A stretch of 64,000 bases of DNA from Rhodoluna sp. (GTDB lineage: Bacteria > Actinomycetota > Actinomycetes > Actinomycetales > Microbacteriaceae), in assembly GCA_044239775.1 (NCBI GenBank), contig JBIIAT010000003.1, positions 40,584 through 104,583 of the forward strand, given 5' to 3'. Under the pieces are notes generated by a model. The model saw only the letters and a list, made by a program, of their open reading frames with translations. It was not told where the DNA came from and ran no database searches. Both the position numbers and the translations under genes were made by a program. Positions 32,831 to 42,526 of the stretch are shown piece by piece. Each line of letters begins with the position of its first letter. Position 1 is the first letter of the stretch.

Positions 32831-33805
32831 CTAAATCCAACGTGAGGCTTGATACTCAGCAAAGACTTTTCTTACAGTCCCTGATCTACCTCTTATAACT
32901 ATGGACTCTGTAAAGATCATGTCGCCTTTTTTCTTCACTCCAGATAGCAAAGCGCCATCTGTGACACCGGTAGCAACAAAGAAGGTGTTATCCGAAGAGA
33001 CCATCTCATTCATTTCATACACGTAGTCAAATTTCAGGCCTGCTTCTAAACCGCGTTCTCTTTCAAAATCTTCACGAGGTGCCAAGATCCCCTGCATGAA
33101 TCCCCCTAGTGCCCGAATGCCGCACGCCGTGACGATTCCCTCAGGAGATCCACCAACGCCAGCACAGATATCGATTCTCGAATCGCCGCGAGCTGCCTGT
33201 ATGCCGCCAGCAACGTCACCATCTAGAAGTAACCTGGTCGCCGCACCGGTGTCCCTGATTTGCTGAATGATCTCACCGTTGTATTCGCGATCCAAAACTG
33301 CAACCACCATCTCGTCGACCGCTTTGCCTGCGGCCTTGGCGTAGGCTTTGATGTTTTCGCCTATTGGAAGACGTATGTCGCAAACGCCCACTCCGGCAGG
33401 GCCAGTCACAAGCTTGTTCATTTTGTAGACGGCTGAGGCATCAAGCATCGAGCCTCGGTCGGCCACGGCAATAACTGATATGGCGTTGTTTCGACCGGCG
33501 GCAGTCAAGGAGGTTCCGTCTATTGGGTCGACTGCTATATCTACCTTTGGGCCCTGGCCATTCCCCACCAGTTCGCCATTGAACAGCATCGGGGCATTGT
33601 CTTTCTCCCCCTCACCAATAACCACAAGGCCCTCGAAGTTCACGGTTCCAAGAAAGGCCCTCATGGCATCTACGGCTGCGCCGTCGGATTCGTTCTTTTT
33701 GCCTTTACCTATAAAGGGGAAAGCCTTGATCGCAGCTGCCTCAGTGGCCCGAACCAGCTCCATGGCAAGGTTGCGGTCTGGGTGCACCGTTGGGGAGTCG
33801 TTCAT
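32831..33805 (-). CDS. glpX: Class II fructose-1,6-bisphosphatase
   Basis: DRNLAMELVRATEAAA, VIGEGEKD-APML and DPIDGT. Confidence 0.95.
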   Translation of the reverse strand: MNDSPTVHPDRNLAMELVRATEAAAIKAFPFIGKGKKNESDGAAVDAMRAFLGTVNFEGLVVIGEGEKDNAPMLFNGELVGNGQGPKVDIAVDPIDGTSLTAAGRNNAISVIAVADRGSMLDASAVYKMNKLVTGPAGVGVCDIRLPIGENIKAYAKAAGKAVDEMVVAVLDREYNGEIIQQIRDTGAATRLLLDGDVAGGIQAARGDSRIDICAGVGGSPEGIVTACGIRALGGFMQGILAPREDFERERGLEAGLKFDYVYEMNEMVSSDNTFFVATGVTDGALLSGVKKKGDMIFTESIVIRGRSGTVRKVFAEYQASRWI

Positions 33806-33971
33806 AAGGTCAGCTTAGCCAGCAACGCAGGGCCTGCCTGGCTTCCCGTAACTCATGTCAGTTCAGTCCCAAAAGCCCAAAACTGGCCAAATATTGGAGA
33901 TTTTGGCTAAAAAACTGTTGGTTTTATGTCGAATATGGGCAGTTTTCAACCCGAGTATTTGCTGAGTGCGG

Positions 33972-33980
33972 TGATAAGTT
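33972..33980 (+). promoter_or_regulatory. Extended -10 promoter of actinorhodopsin gene (candidate)
   Basis: TG-a-TAAGTT about 100 nt upstream of the ATG, immediately before a structured leader. Confidence 0.45.
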
Positions 33981-34082
33981 GAATGACGTGTAAGTCATGC
34001 GAAGAAGCATCGACGATGGAACTCATCAGCGATGAATCTTTGTAGGTCTTACCTCCATCAGCTGAAAGGAAACAAAACATAA

Positions 34083-34847
34083 ATGAGTGAATCCAATTAC
34101 CTATTGGTTTACAACATGTTCTCGCTTGGAATTGCGAGCATGCTTTTCACCACCATTTTCCTGATTGTGGCTCGTGAGCGCGTACTGCCTCGCTACCGCA
34201 TGGCGGTCTTGGTTTCTGCAACAGTGACTGGTATCGCTGCCTATCACTACTTCAGAATGTTCGACAGCTTCAACCACGTATTCGGCCCAGAAGCAATTGA
34301 CGGTGCTGTTTACAACGTTGGCTACCGTTACGTTGACTGGTTCCTAACTGTTCCACTGCTACTAGTTGAGACCGTTGCGGTTTTGGCTATTGCACGTGCA
34401 GCTCAGACTGCTCTACTAGTTCGTCTAGTTCCAGCAGCTGCTGCAATGATCGCTCTAGGTTACCCAGGCGACGCAGGTCTAGACATTGGTGGAGTAAGCG
34501 CACCTGTTTGGGGTCTACTGTCAACAATCCCATTCCTGTACATCCTGTACATCTTGTTCGTTGAGCTAGGTAAGTCTCTTACCAAGCAGAGCAAGCAGGT
34601 TCAGAGAAGAATCAAGGAACTACGCCTTCTTCTTCTTGCTACCTGGGGTGTCTACCCACTAGCTTTCATCGCAAACATGAACGCTACTGGATTCGAAGAG
34701 CAGGGCTTCGTCCTTCGTGAAACCGGATACACAGTTGCCGACATCTTGGCTAAGTGTCTATTCGGCCTAATGATCTTCTCGATCGCTCGTATGAAGAGCG
34801 CCGAGGACGACAAGGCATTTGCTGCATCAGAGTACAAGGGCAAGTAA
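34083..34847 (+). CDS. actR: Actinorhodopsin (xanthorhodopsin-like light-driven proton pump)
   Basis: Seven TM helices; helix C YRYVDWFLTVPLLLVE (DTE motif), helix B His (AAYHY), WGVYP and retinal-binding Lys in DILAK. Confidence 0.96.
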   Translation: MSESNYLLVYNMFSLGIASMLFTTIFLIVARERVLPRYRMAVLVSATVTGIAAYHYFRMFDSFNHVFGPEAIDGAVYNVGYRYVDWFLTVPLLLVETVAVLAIARAAQTALLVRLVPAAAAMIALGYPGDAGLDIGGVSAPVWGLLSTIPFLYILYILFVELGKSLTKQSKQVQRRIKELRLLLLATWGVYPLAFIANMNATGFEEQGFVLRETGYTVADILAKCLFGLMIFSIARMKSAEDDKAFAASEYKGK

Positions 34848-34862
34848 CCCTTAGTTCAAACT

Positions 34863-34899
34863 AAACAAAAGGCGTCGGGAAACCGGCGCCTTTTGTTTT
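34863..34899. terminator. Bidirectional intrinsic terminator after actR
   Basis: AAACAAAAGGCGTCGG-GAAA-CCGGCGCCTTTTGTTTT. Confidence 0.9.
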
Positions 34900-34926
34900 G
34901 CCCGAAACTGCAAAGACTTCTTGGAC

Positions 34927-36417
34927 CTAGTAGCCGCGTCGAAAAAGCGCTGGGAGCCCAAGTAAAGTAGCGGCGATCCAAATGCTGCGGGGTTTGTAAG
35001 CCAAACCCCAGAGTCCTCCATGAATTGCAGAAAAGGTGTGTAGCTCGGTCGTGGTGTCCTTGGATTGGTAACTGGCTGGATCGTTGAGGTCTCGAACTAG
35101 TACTGCAGCCGCTGCCGACTTTGCGGTTATGACATCAAATGGCTGAACGCCAAAAAGTGGCGCTCCCCTATAGCTAGCGCGCAAGATCTTGTGCCTGAGA
35201 ACAGAGTTAGTTCTAGCTGGTGGCGAGATTGCGTAAGAGACTTTTACTCCCGAATAATGCGCTAGATATGCCCTCCAGCGCTGAGTCCGCTTAGAAAACG
35301 AATAGCTCGGGCCCTGTTGTTGGACGGAAGCGTCAATGAGGGCCAGTTTTTCTCCAGCTCTCCCGTCAAAAAACTTTGGCCGTGCTGGCCTGGCTGCATT
35401 TAATAGCCCCAGAATAGTGTCTCTAACTATTCGAAGCGGTTCTCTTGACGCAAAGGTCCTAATCGCGCGGTCACCGATTTCGGCAGGTCCGGGTGCTGAG
35501 TCGGTCGGTGTTGCCAGCCAACTAAGAGCCAAGTCGTTAGCTGGTAGTCGATTCATGGCTTCTTGGGCCAAGCACTCTTGAACTCCTTGAACGCGAATGT
35601 GATTGACACTTGGAGTGTATGCATACAAACCCAAAACGAATCTGTTTTTTGGCCTAGAGCTAAGAATGCGCATCCAGCTTGATATCTCTTGATAGTTCTC
35701 CAGAATATCGAGACCGGCGATCGCGGCGATTTCTTGATCAGTTAGTTCAGCAACAGGTTTATGAAGTGCTGCTTTCCTGATTGGCACCAACAAGGTTCCC
35801 CCGCTTGAGCGAGCTAGTAAAATAAGTGCTTTCCAAGTAGCTGGATTAGGTCTGGCAACAACTGCAACCTCTCCACCCCAGCGAAGCCAGTTTTCGGTTG
35901 GGGCAAACTCAGCTGCTCCAGCAACTGCAAAGAGTAAATCTCTTTTTAGGGATAGGGACTGGTTCTGATCCAGATACCGAAAGGCTGCAACAAGGGCGGG
36001 TTCGGCAAGGCCTCTAGATACCCAGCTAGCTGCCGTTTGCTCTAGTGAGCCACTGACTCCATCGATGGATACCTTCTGAGCTTGTTCGGTTCCGTGAATT
36101 TCAATGGTGGTGACAAGGTCCAAATCGAAGCCCTCTGAAACAGCCTGCTGGAGTGATTTGCCAGTTTCAGTGATCAGATACTCATGTAACTCGGCGAGAC
36201 CCAAGGTGGCTATCTCTGTTGTGTCAGCAACGCTAAGGCCTTCCTTGCAGGCTAACTCCGAATAAAGCCTCAGGTACCAATCTCGCCAGCTTGGTGCCCC
36301 CTGAATGTTCTGCTGTAACTCAGGGAAGCTTCTGGCGCTAGCGGCGAGCACTTTCCTAGCCAGTTCGGTTGAGCGAATTGGCAGTGAAGTAAGGGGGTCT
36401 TTGAATTCAACGGACAC
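34927..36417 (-). CDS. Conserved hypothetical protein (~496 aa) with a possible Rossmann-like segment
   Basis: Long ORF. The likely start is GTG at 36417, after a TAGGCT -10, which avoids overlap with the divergent SDR. Contains FAVAGAAEFAP...WGGEVAVV, WLATPTD and QQGPSYSFSKR motifs. Confidence 0.75.
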   Translation of the reverse strand: MSVEFKDPLTSLPIRSTELARKVLAASARSFPELQQNIQGAPSWRDWYLRLYSELACKEGLSVADTTEIATLGLAELHEYLITETGKSLQQAVSEGFDLDLVTTIEIHGTEQAQKVSIDGVSGSLEQTAASWVSRGLAEPALVAAFRYLDQNQSLSLKRDLLFAVAGAAEFAPTENWLRWGGEVAVVARPNPATWKALILLARSSGGTLLVPIRKAALHKPVAELTDQEIAAIAGLDILENYQEISSWMRILSSRPKNRFVLGLYAYTPSVNHIRVQGVQECLAQEAMNRLPANDLALSWLATPTDSAPGPAEIGDRAIRTFASREPLRIVRDTILGLLNAARPARPKFFDGRAGEKLALIDASVQQQGPSYSFSKRTQRWRAYLAHYSGVKVSYAISPPARTNSVLRHKILRASYRGAPLFGVQPFDVITAKSAAAAVLVRDLNDPASYQSKDTTTELHTFSAIHGGLWGLAYKPRSIWIAATLLGLPALFRRGY

Positions 36418-36488
36418 GATTGCAAGCCTATTGGCTGATTGGGGAATCGAGAAAATGCGGTTAGGGTTGGAGAACCTATGGAGGAAAA

Positions 36489-37184
36489 ATGACTGAACTA
36501 AAAGGAAAGAACATTCTGGTGCTGGGAGCTTCCGGTGTCCTAGGCTCAACTATCGCTACTCAGCTATCTGGCTTGGGAGCTACTGTCATGGCCACGTCCT
36601 CAACAATTGAGTCTGCTGAGAGAGTACCCAGCGGAGCAAATCCTAGGCTGCTGGTTGATCTAACCTCCCAGGAATCCATTCGGGTGCTTACGGATTACTT
36701 GATTGATTCCGATGTCAAGATTGACGGAATCATAAATGCCACCGGAGTTGTTGCCTTTGGAAACTTTACTGACTTGGACTCCAATACTTTACTGAAACTA
36801 TTTGCCGTAAATGTCACAGGCCCTATGGCCTTGGTCCAAGGACTGTTGGGTCGGTTGAAAGAATCGGCCACCAGCGGCAATGATCCATTTATCGTTAACA
36901 TCTCTGGGGTGGTTGCCGAAACACCCATGGCTGGCCTTGGAGCCTACTCGGCAAGTAAGTCAGCGCTCTACGCATTTGACCAGGCGATCTCAAGAGAGCT
37001 CAGGAGAGATGGAATTCGCGTTATCGACGCAAGACCAGGTCATACCGAAACGGGCCTAGCAACTCGAGCTATAGCTGGACAGGCTCCATCATTTCCCCAG
37101 GGAATGACTCCAGAGCACGTTGCAAGCAGGATTGTGGCAGCAATAGTGCAGGACGAGAAAGATCTACCCAGTAGCTCCTTCTAG
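36489..37184 (+). CDS. Short-chain dehydrogenase/reductase
   Basis: GASGVLG nucleotide-binding motif, YSASK catalytic motif and PGHTET. Confidence 0.92.
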   Translation: MTELKGKNILVLGASGVLGSTIATQLSGLGATVMATSSTIESAERVPSGANPRLLVDLTSQESIRVLTDYLIDSDVKIDGIINATGVVAFGNFTDLDSNTLLKLFAVNVTGPMALVQGLLGRLKESATSGNDPFIVNISGVVAETPMAGLGAYSASKSALYAFDQAISRELRRDGIRVIDARPGHTETGLATRAIAGQAPSFPQGMTPEHVASRIVAAIVQDEKDLPSSSF

Positions 37185-37226
37185 CTGCCCGAGAGATGTG
37201 GCAGGGATTTCAGTAAACTTTGTCTG

Positions 37227-38321
37227 GTGAGTGGGATTAGCAAAATAACCGATGAGCTGTTTGATGGCAGACAGATTCATTACTTTGACGACGCTGATTC
37301 CAAGCTTCCCAAAACTCGAAAAAAAGATCTTAGAGAACCCGCCGCTAGACCACCACTTGCACAACTGAGACACGACCCACTAACCGGAGAGTGGATAGCA
37401 GTTGCTGCCCATCGTCACACCAGAGCCTTCATGCCCCCAAGCCACGAATGTCCACTATGTCCTGCTACGGATACGTACCTGAGTGAAATACCGGACAACT
37501 TTGACGTTGCAGTTTTTGAAAACAAGAATCCATCCTTTGGCGACATCCCTGAAGGTTCATTTGCTCCGGAATTGAACTCGAGTGCTCCAATTCCATTGGG
37601 GCAAACCCATCCCGCCGTTGGCAGATGCGAGGTTGTGGTGTTTAGCCCGGAACATAAGGGTTCGCTTGGTCAAATGCCCACCAGTCGAGTTCTGACAGTG
37701 TTGCAGGCCCTAGCTGATCGAACTCGAGAGCTGCAAGACCTTGAGGGTGTGAAACAGGTGTTCCCATTTGAAAATCGCGGTCAGGAAATTGGAGTCACTC
37801 TTCATCACCCACACAGTCAGATTTACTGCTACCCATACGTCACCCCAAGAACTACTAAATTGTTGCAGGCAATTTCCGATCACGGAAGTAGCTTTTTTCA
37901 AGACATCTTGGCTTTCGAGCAAGCCTCTGATCGAGTCTTGATCAAGTCTGATTCCTTCACGGCGTATGTTCCATTTGCGGCAAGGTGGCCAATGGAGGCT
38001 CACCTCCTTCCACATCGCGATGTAAGAAATCATTTTGAGCTAACCAACGACGAAAGGCAGGAACTAGCGGAGATCTATTCCCGAATGCTGCGTGCCTTCG
38101 AAACTGTCTATGAAACACCGTCTCCATACATCGCTGCCTGGCATCAGGCTCCAAATGTTTCCGGAGGCGAGCACGTCCGACTTCAGCTACAAATTACTTC
38201 TCCAAGGCGGGCATCAGACAAGCTGAAATACCTGGCTGGTTCGGAATCTGCGATGGGGGCATTTATAGCTGACATTCCTGCAGAGGACATCGCGGCACAG
38301 CTTAGAAATGCTCTTGGTTAA
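37227..38321 (+). CDS. galT: Galactose-1-phosphate uridylyltransferase
   Basis: CPLCP, FENRG-EIGVTLHHPHSQ (HxHxQ) and KLKYLAGSESAMG. Confidence 0.93.
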   Translation: MSGISKITDELFDGRQIHYFDDADSKLPKTRKKDLREPAARPPLAQLRHDPLTGEWIAVAAHRHTRAFMPPSHECPLCPATDTYLSEIPDNFDVAVFENKNPSFGDIPEGSFAPELNSSAPIPLGQTHPAVGRCEVVVFSPEHKGSLGQMPTSRVLTVLQALADRTRELQDLEGVKQVFPFENRGQEIGVTLHHPHSQIYCYPYVTPRTTKLLQAISDHGSSFFQDILAFEQASDRVLIKSDSFTAYVPFAARWPMEAHLLPHRDVRNHFELTNDERQELAEIYSRMLRAFETVYETPSPYIAAWHQAPNVSGGEHVRLQLQITSPRRASDKLKYLAGSESAMGAFIADIPAEDIAAQLRNALG

Positions 38322-38409
38322 TTAAGAACATTTGGCCAGGCAATCTTTGCCAAAGACGAAGTCTCTCACTGGTTTTCGCTCAGTTTCCGTTCGCGGTTAG
38401 TCAAAACGG

Positions 38410-38988
38410 TTAGATACTTGCAACAACTTCGACGCCGCTGTCAATAAGTTTGTCAATTGCAGCCTCTGTGGTGCTGGGTGAAACTCCGGCAGTAAGGGAG
38501 CTGATTACACGAACATTTAGGCCGAGTCGATTGGCATCAAGCGCTGAGGCTAGAACGCAGTGATCGGTGGCGATCCCCACTACATCTAGCTCAGTGACAC
38601 CTTTTGCTGTCAACAGATTCGCCAACATCTCGCCTTGCTCAGAGACGCCCTCGAACGCAGAATAGCCATGAGCACCTTGACCTTTGTAAATGTGAACCTG
38701 GATTTTGTCAGTTTCGAGATTCGCGTGGTAACTTGCCCCGGGGCTATTGGCAACGCAGTGAGGTGGCCAAGAATTGATGTAGTCCGGTGCTGAATCAGGT
38801 TGTGAAAAATGTCCTGAATTGTCACTGTCAGCATCGTGCCAATCCCTTGAGGCAACAATCAAGTCGTAATCCGACGAATCCAAATAGTTGGTTATCTTGG
38901 TTGCTACCAGAGCTCCACCCTCAACAGCTAGAGAGCCGCCCTCGCAGAAATCACTTTGGACATCGACTATCAAAAGTGCTCTTGTCAT
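38410..38988 (-). CDS. pncA: Nicotinamidase/pyrazinamidase
   Basis: VDVQSDFCEGGSLAV, DWH, WPPHC, KG...YSAF and GIATDHCV. Confidence 0.92.
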   Translation of the reverse strand: MTRALLIVDVQSDFCEGGSLAVEGGALVATKITNYLDSSDYDLIVASRDWHDADSDNSGHFSQPDSAPDYINSWPPHCVANSPGASYHANLETDKIQVHIYKGQGAHGYSAFEGVSEQGEMLANLLTAKGVTELDVVGIATDHCVLASALDANRLGLNVRVISSLTAGVSPSTTEAAIDKLIDSGVEVVASI

Positions 38989-38996
38989 TTACTTCC

Positions 38997-40409
38997 CTAT
39001 TCGTTAGACAGATTGTTGCCACAACGGTAGAAACCGGTTGCCAAAGTGTCGATAGCAACCCTCACGTCGGGGCCAACATTGTCTAGAGCATAAATTGCAA
39101 ATGTTAGTGTGGTGCCGTCGACCGCAGAGATTATTCCACTTAGCGTATATGCTTCGGTGATGTACCCAGTTTTTGCAATAATGCTCCCTGCAGCATCTGC
39201 TATGTCTCCTTTAAACCTTCCAGAGAGGGTTCCAGTCTTACCTGCTATCGGGAGACTTGATTTGATCAATCCAAATTCCCCATAACTGACATTAACCAAT
39301 CTCATTAGCTCAGCTAATGTCCTTGGTGCAACCATGTTCAGATTCGACAAGCCTGAGCCGTCTCTAATTAGCATGGCGCCAAGATCCAACCCGAGACTTG
39401 ATAAGGCTTGCTTATATGCTGGATCTATAGATGTAAATGATCCATCGAAGCCCAAATTTACCGAAACTAGCCTTCCGATCATTTCACTCTCAAGGTTCTC
39501 TGAAGTCTGGAGCGTGTGAGCAATCCAGCGGCTCATTGGCTGAGACTCCACACTTGCAATCTGTACAAATCCTGCCGGAGTGGCCGCTTCAACAAGTACT
39601 GCGGTCTCCGCCAATGGTCCAAGTAGGGCCCTAAACTCCTCACCAGCGCTAGCGACCGGTCTACCAGTTTTTGGCGAAGTCCACGCAGCCGGATCAATTC
39701 GGTCTCCGTCAACTTGCAACGCAGTAACTTCTGAGATCCAACCGTCCACTTGATCTTTACGACGCCACGAGCTTTCCCAGGCAGGGCCTGCGAACAAGGT
39801 TGAGTCTAAAATTATCTCGCTTAGCTGGCTAACCTCGTTGCTTGCCGCCCAATCAATTACTTGAGTTGCGAGGCTTGAGAGTTTCGGGGCGTCTCTAAAA
39901 ACAGATTGGGCGCCAGCATCCGTTTTGGAGAGAGTGACATCCCCGCCACCAACTAGCGAGATTGAGGTCTTCGCGGATGGCTCAGCCAAAACCCTAGTAG
40001 TGGCTCTGTAGTTTGGTCCTAGGCTCATGAGCGCAGCAGCGGCCGTAAGGGTTTTCATTCCTGATGCGGTGGAAGCCGGGGTGTCTCCGGAACGATCAAA
40101 GAGGACTTCTCCTGTGTCTGCGTTCAAAACAATCGATTGCAAGGTTCCAAGAGAAGGGTTGGCCGCCTGCTCTGCTACAGAACAAGTCTTGACTGGAGAG
40201 GGTGATGGGCTAGGAGATGGGCTAGGAGATGCACTGCGTGATGCGCTAGGTGATGCCTTCGGTTTAGCTTTTTGAGTTTCCGAAGAAAATGCGAAACCCC
40301 CAAGGACCAAGAGAAGAACTAAGAATGCAGAACCGCCGCCAATTAGGCCCTCTTTTAAATACGGGAACTTCTTGAATAAGTCTTGGAATTTACTGAATAA
40401 GTTGGCCAA
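38997..40409 (-). CDS. dacB: D-Ala-D-Ala carboxypeptidase/endopeptidase (PBP4, peptidase S13)
   Basis: ASGMK (SxxK), SEN, DGSGLS and AKTG; TM anchor followed by a Ser/Pro linker. Confidence 0.9.
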   Translation of the reverse strand: MANLFSKFQDLFKKFPYLKEGLIGGGSAFLVLLLVLGGFAFSSETQKAKPKASPSASRSASPSPSPSPSPSPVKTCSVAEQAANPSLGTLQSIVLNADTGEVLFDRSGDTPASTASGMKTLTAAAALMSLGPNYRATTRVLAEPSAKTSISLVGGGDVTLSKTDAGAQSVFRDAPKLSSLATQVIDWAASNEVSQLSEIILDSTLFAGPAWESSWRRKDQVDGWISEVTALQVDGDRIDPAAWTSPKTGRPVASAGEEFRALLGPLAETAVLVEAATPAGFVQIASVESQPMSRWIAHTLQTSENLESEMIGRLVSVNLGFDGSFTSIDPAYKQALSSLGLDLGAMLIRDGSGLSNLNMVAPRTLAELMRLVNVSYGEFGLIKSSLPIAGKTGTLSGRFKGDIADAAGSIIAKTGYITEAYTLSGIISAVDGTTLTFAIYALDNVGPDVRVAIDTLATGFYRCGNNLSNE

Positions 40410-40575
40410 CTGGCTAAGCTCCTAGATTATCGATTCTGGATTGCAATCTTGTTTGGTTCAATTCTTTCATGATTTCAAAAGCTGAGGAGGGTTTGATTTT
40501 GCATGGACCTTAGCTTCAATATTACCCTTGATTATTGGGGACTTGGTTCTGCATTTGTTAGCTTAGGCTTGGCTC

Positions 40576-41103
40576 ATGCGAAGAAAATACCTGGCTGTAA
40601 CCACGCTGTTCTTGGCTCTTTTGTCTTCTCCAGCCAGTGCTCATGACCTACTAATTGATATGACTCCGGCGGCCGGTGAAGTTATGACTTCATCCAACTT
40701 CGAAGCCACACTTACCTTCAATAATGATTTGCTATCAGTAGATGGCGAACAAAATGCGGGGCTCGAAACAAAACTGTCAGGAACCGAAGATTGGGTAAGC
40801 CATGAAGTAGTGGTCGCTGGCCCAACCCTCACTGCCCAAATCGAGCTGACTGAATCAGGAACCTATGACATACGTTGGAAGGTGGTTTCGTCAGATGGTC
40901 ACGGAATAACCGGTGAGTCATCGATTGTTCTTGAATTACCCGTACCAGTAGAAACCCCTGACCCGGTAGTTGTAATTGCACCGGCGGTCGAACCGGAGCC
41001 TGAGATTCCTTCAGGGTTTTACGTCGGACTCGCAATGGTTGCCCTCGGTGCTGTGTTCGCGCCGATTGGCCTAATGATGAGAAGAAGGGCTAAGAAGTCC
41101 TAG
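40576..41103 (+). CDS. copC: CopC-family copper-binding protein with C-terminal TM anchor
   Basis: Signal peptide ending ASA-H; WKVVSSDGH motif. Confidence 0.85.
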   Translation: MRRKYLAVTTLFLALLSSPASAHDLLIDMTPAAGEVMTSSNFEATLTFNNDLLSVDGEQNAGLETKLSGTEDWVSHEVVVAGPTLTAQIELTESGTYDIRWKVVSSDGHGITGESSIVLELPVPVETPDPVVVIAPAVEPEPEIPSGFYVGLAMVALGAVFAPIGLMMRRRAKKS

Positions 41104-42493
41104 GTCTAACTAGTGAGTCAATGTTTCCAAGCAATTCATCAAATTCCTTTTCAGTCATGAGCTTTAGCTCCAAAACAACATGCCTGACACTGGTCTCGTC
41201 GGCCAAGGCTTTTTGAGCCACGATAGTTGCATTTTCGTAGCCCAACACAGGGCTGATGGCAGTTACGAGTCCGATTGAGTTCTCAACACTAAGCCTGAGT
41301 TTTTCTACGTTCGCGGTAATTCCGCTCACGCAGGCATCAGCCAAAACATAGCAACCCTGACGAAGTTGAGTAATGCTCATCATTAAGGCTCGACACATGA
41401 TCGGCTCAAAGGCATTTAGTTGAAGCTGTCCAGCTTCAACTGCCATGGTCACAGTTAGATCATTTCCCACTACCGCGAAAGCGATTTGGTTAATTACTTC
41501 GGGAATAACTGGATTCACCTTGCCAGGCATAATTGACGATCCAGCCTGTCTTGGAGGAAGGTTTATTTCATCCAAACCAGCACGTGGTCCACTGCTAAGA
41601 AGTCTTAGATCATTTGAGGTTTTGGACAGTTTTACCGCAATTCTTTTTAGAACTCCTGAAACTGTTACAAACACTCCTGCGTCTTGAGTTGCTTCAACCA
41701 TGTCTTCAGCCAGAACAAAATCAAATCCAGTTAGTTTGCAAAGAGCCTCACAGGCTTTCTTTGGGTAACCTAGCGGTGCGTTAATGCCGGTTCCAATTGC
41801 TGTTCCACCCAGGTTTATCTCGCGAAGTAGTGGCAAAACTTCGCGAAGCCTCTGGATGTCTTCCATGGTCATTCGCGAAAATGCTGCAAACTCCTGGCCC
41901 AGTGTCATCGGTACGGCATCTTGCATTTGAGTTCGGCCCATTTTGATTACGTCTTTGAACTCAACAGCCTTAGATTGAAAGGCGCTTTCCAAGTGCGCCA
42001 TTGCTTTCAGTAGTTCATTGATTTCGAAAATCAAGGCAAGTTTCAGAGCAGTTGGATAAACGTCGTTAGTCGATTGGGATTGGTTGACGTCATTTAGCGG
42101 GTGGACTATCGAATAGTCGCCTTTTTGACCGCCTAAAATTTCTATCGCAACGTTGGCAATGACTTCGTTAGCATTCATGTTGGTTGAAGTTCCTGCGCCA
42201 CCTTGGATTGCGTCAACCACAAACTGAGAATCAAACTCGCCATCAGCGACCCTGATTGAGGCTTTAACTATTGCGTCTTTGACGTTGGGCTCGAGCTCCC
42301 CTAGTTCGAAATTGGCCTCAGCTGTAGCGTGCTTGACTATTGCCAGAGCCCGAATCAAGGACCGGTAGTGACCGATCGGAACTCCTGAAATTGGAAAATT
42401 GTCGACTGCTCGAGCGGTGTGAACACCCCAATATGCGTCTTTAGGAACCTGGTAGTCGCCAAGTAGGTCGTGTTCGAGTCTGGTAGATGACAT
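41090..42493 (-). CDS. aspA: Aspartate ammonia-lyase
   Basis: YWGVHTARA, QGGAGTSTNMNANEV, GSSIMPGKVNP and GQLQLNAFEP. Confidence 0.93.
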   Translation of the reverse strand: MSSTRLEHDLLGDYQVPKDAYWGVHTARAVDNFPISGVPIGHYRSLIRALAIVKHATAEANFELGELEPNVKDAIVKASIRVADGEFDSQFVVDAIQGGAGTSTNMNANEVIANVAIEILGGQKGDYSIVHPLNDVNQSQSTNDVYPTALKLALIFEINELLKAMAHLESAFQSKAVEFKDVIKMGRTQMQDAVPMTLGQEFAAFSRMTMEDIQRLREVLPLLREINLGGTAIGTGINAPLGYPKKACEALCKLTGFDFVLAEDMVEATQDAGVFVTVSGVLKRIAVKLSKTSNDLRLLSSGPRAGLDEINLPPRQAGSSIMPGKVNPVIPEVINQIAFAVVGNDLTVTMAVEAGQLQLNAFEPIMCRALMMSITQLRQGCYVLADACVSGITANVEKLRLSVENSIGLVTAISPVLGYENATIVAQKALADETSVRHVVLELKLMTEKEFDELLGNIDSLVRPRTS

Positions 42494-42526
42494 AAGTTAA
42501 GTGTGCCACTAAATCGTGGGGTCCGG

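Noticed and set aside
36418-36549. N-terminal extension of the 540-aa track ORF
   Set aside because: It overlaps the divergent SDR start; GTG at 36417 with a TAGGCT -10 just upstream is more plausible.
40195-40260. Short tandem repeat (GGAGATGGGCTA-like units)
   Set aside because: Encodes the Ser-Pro linker of DacB; not a CRISPR array or contingency locus.
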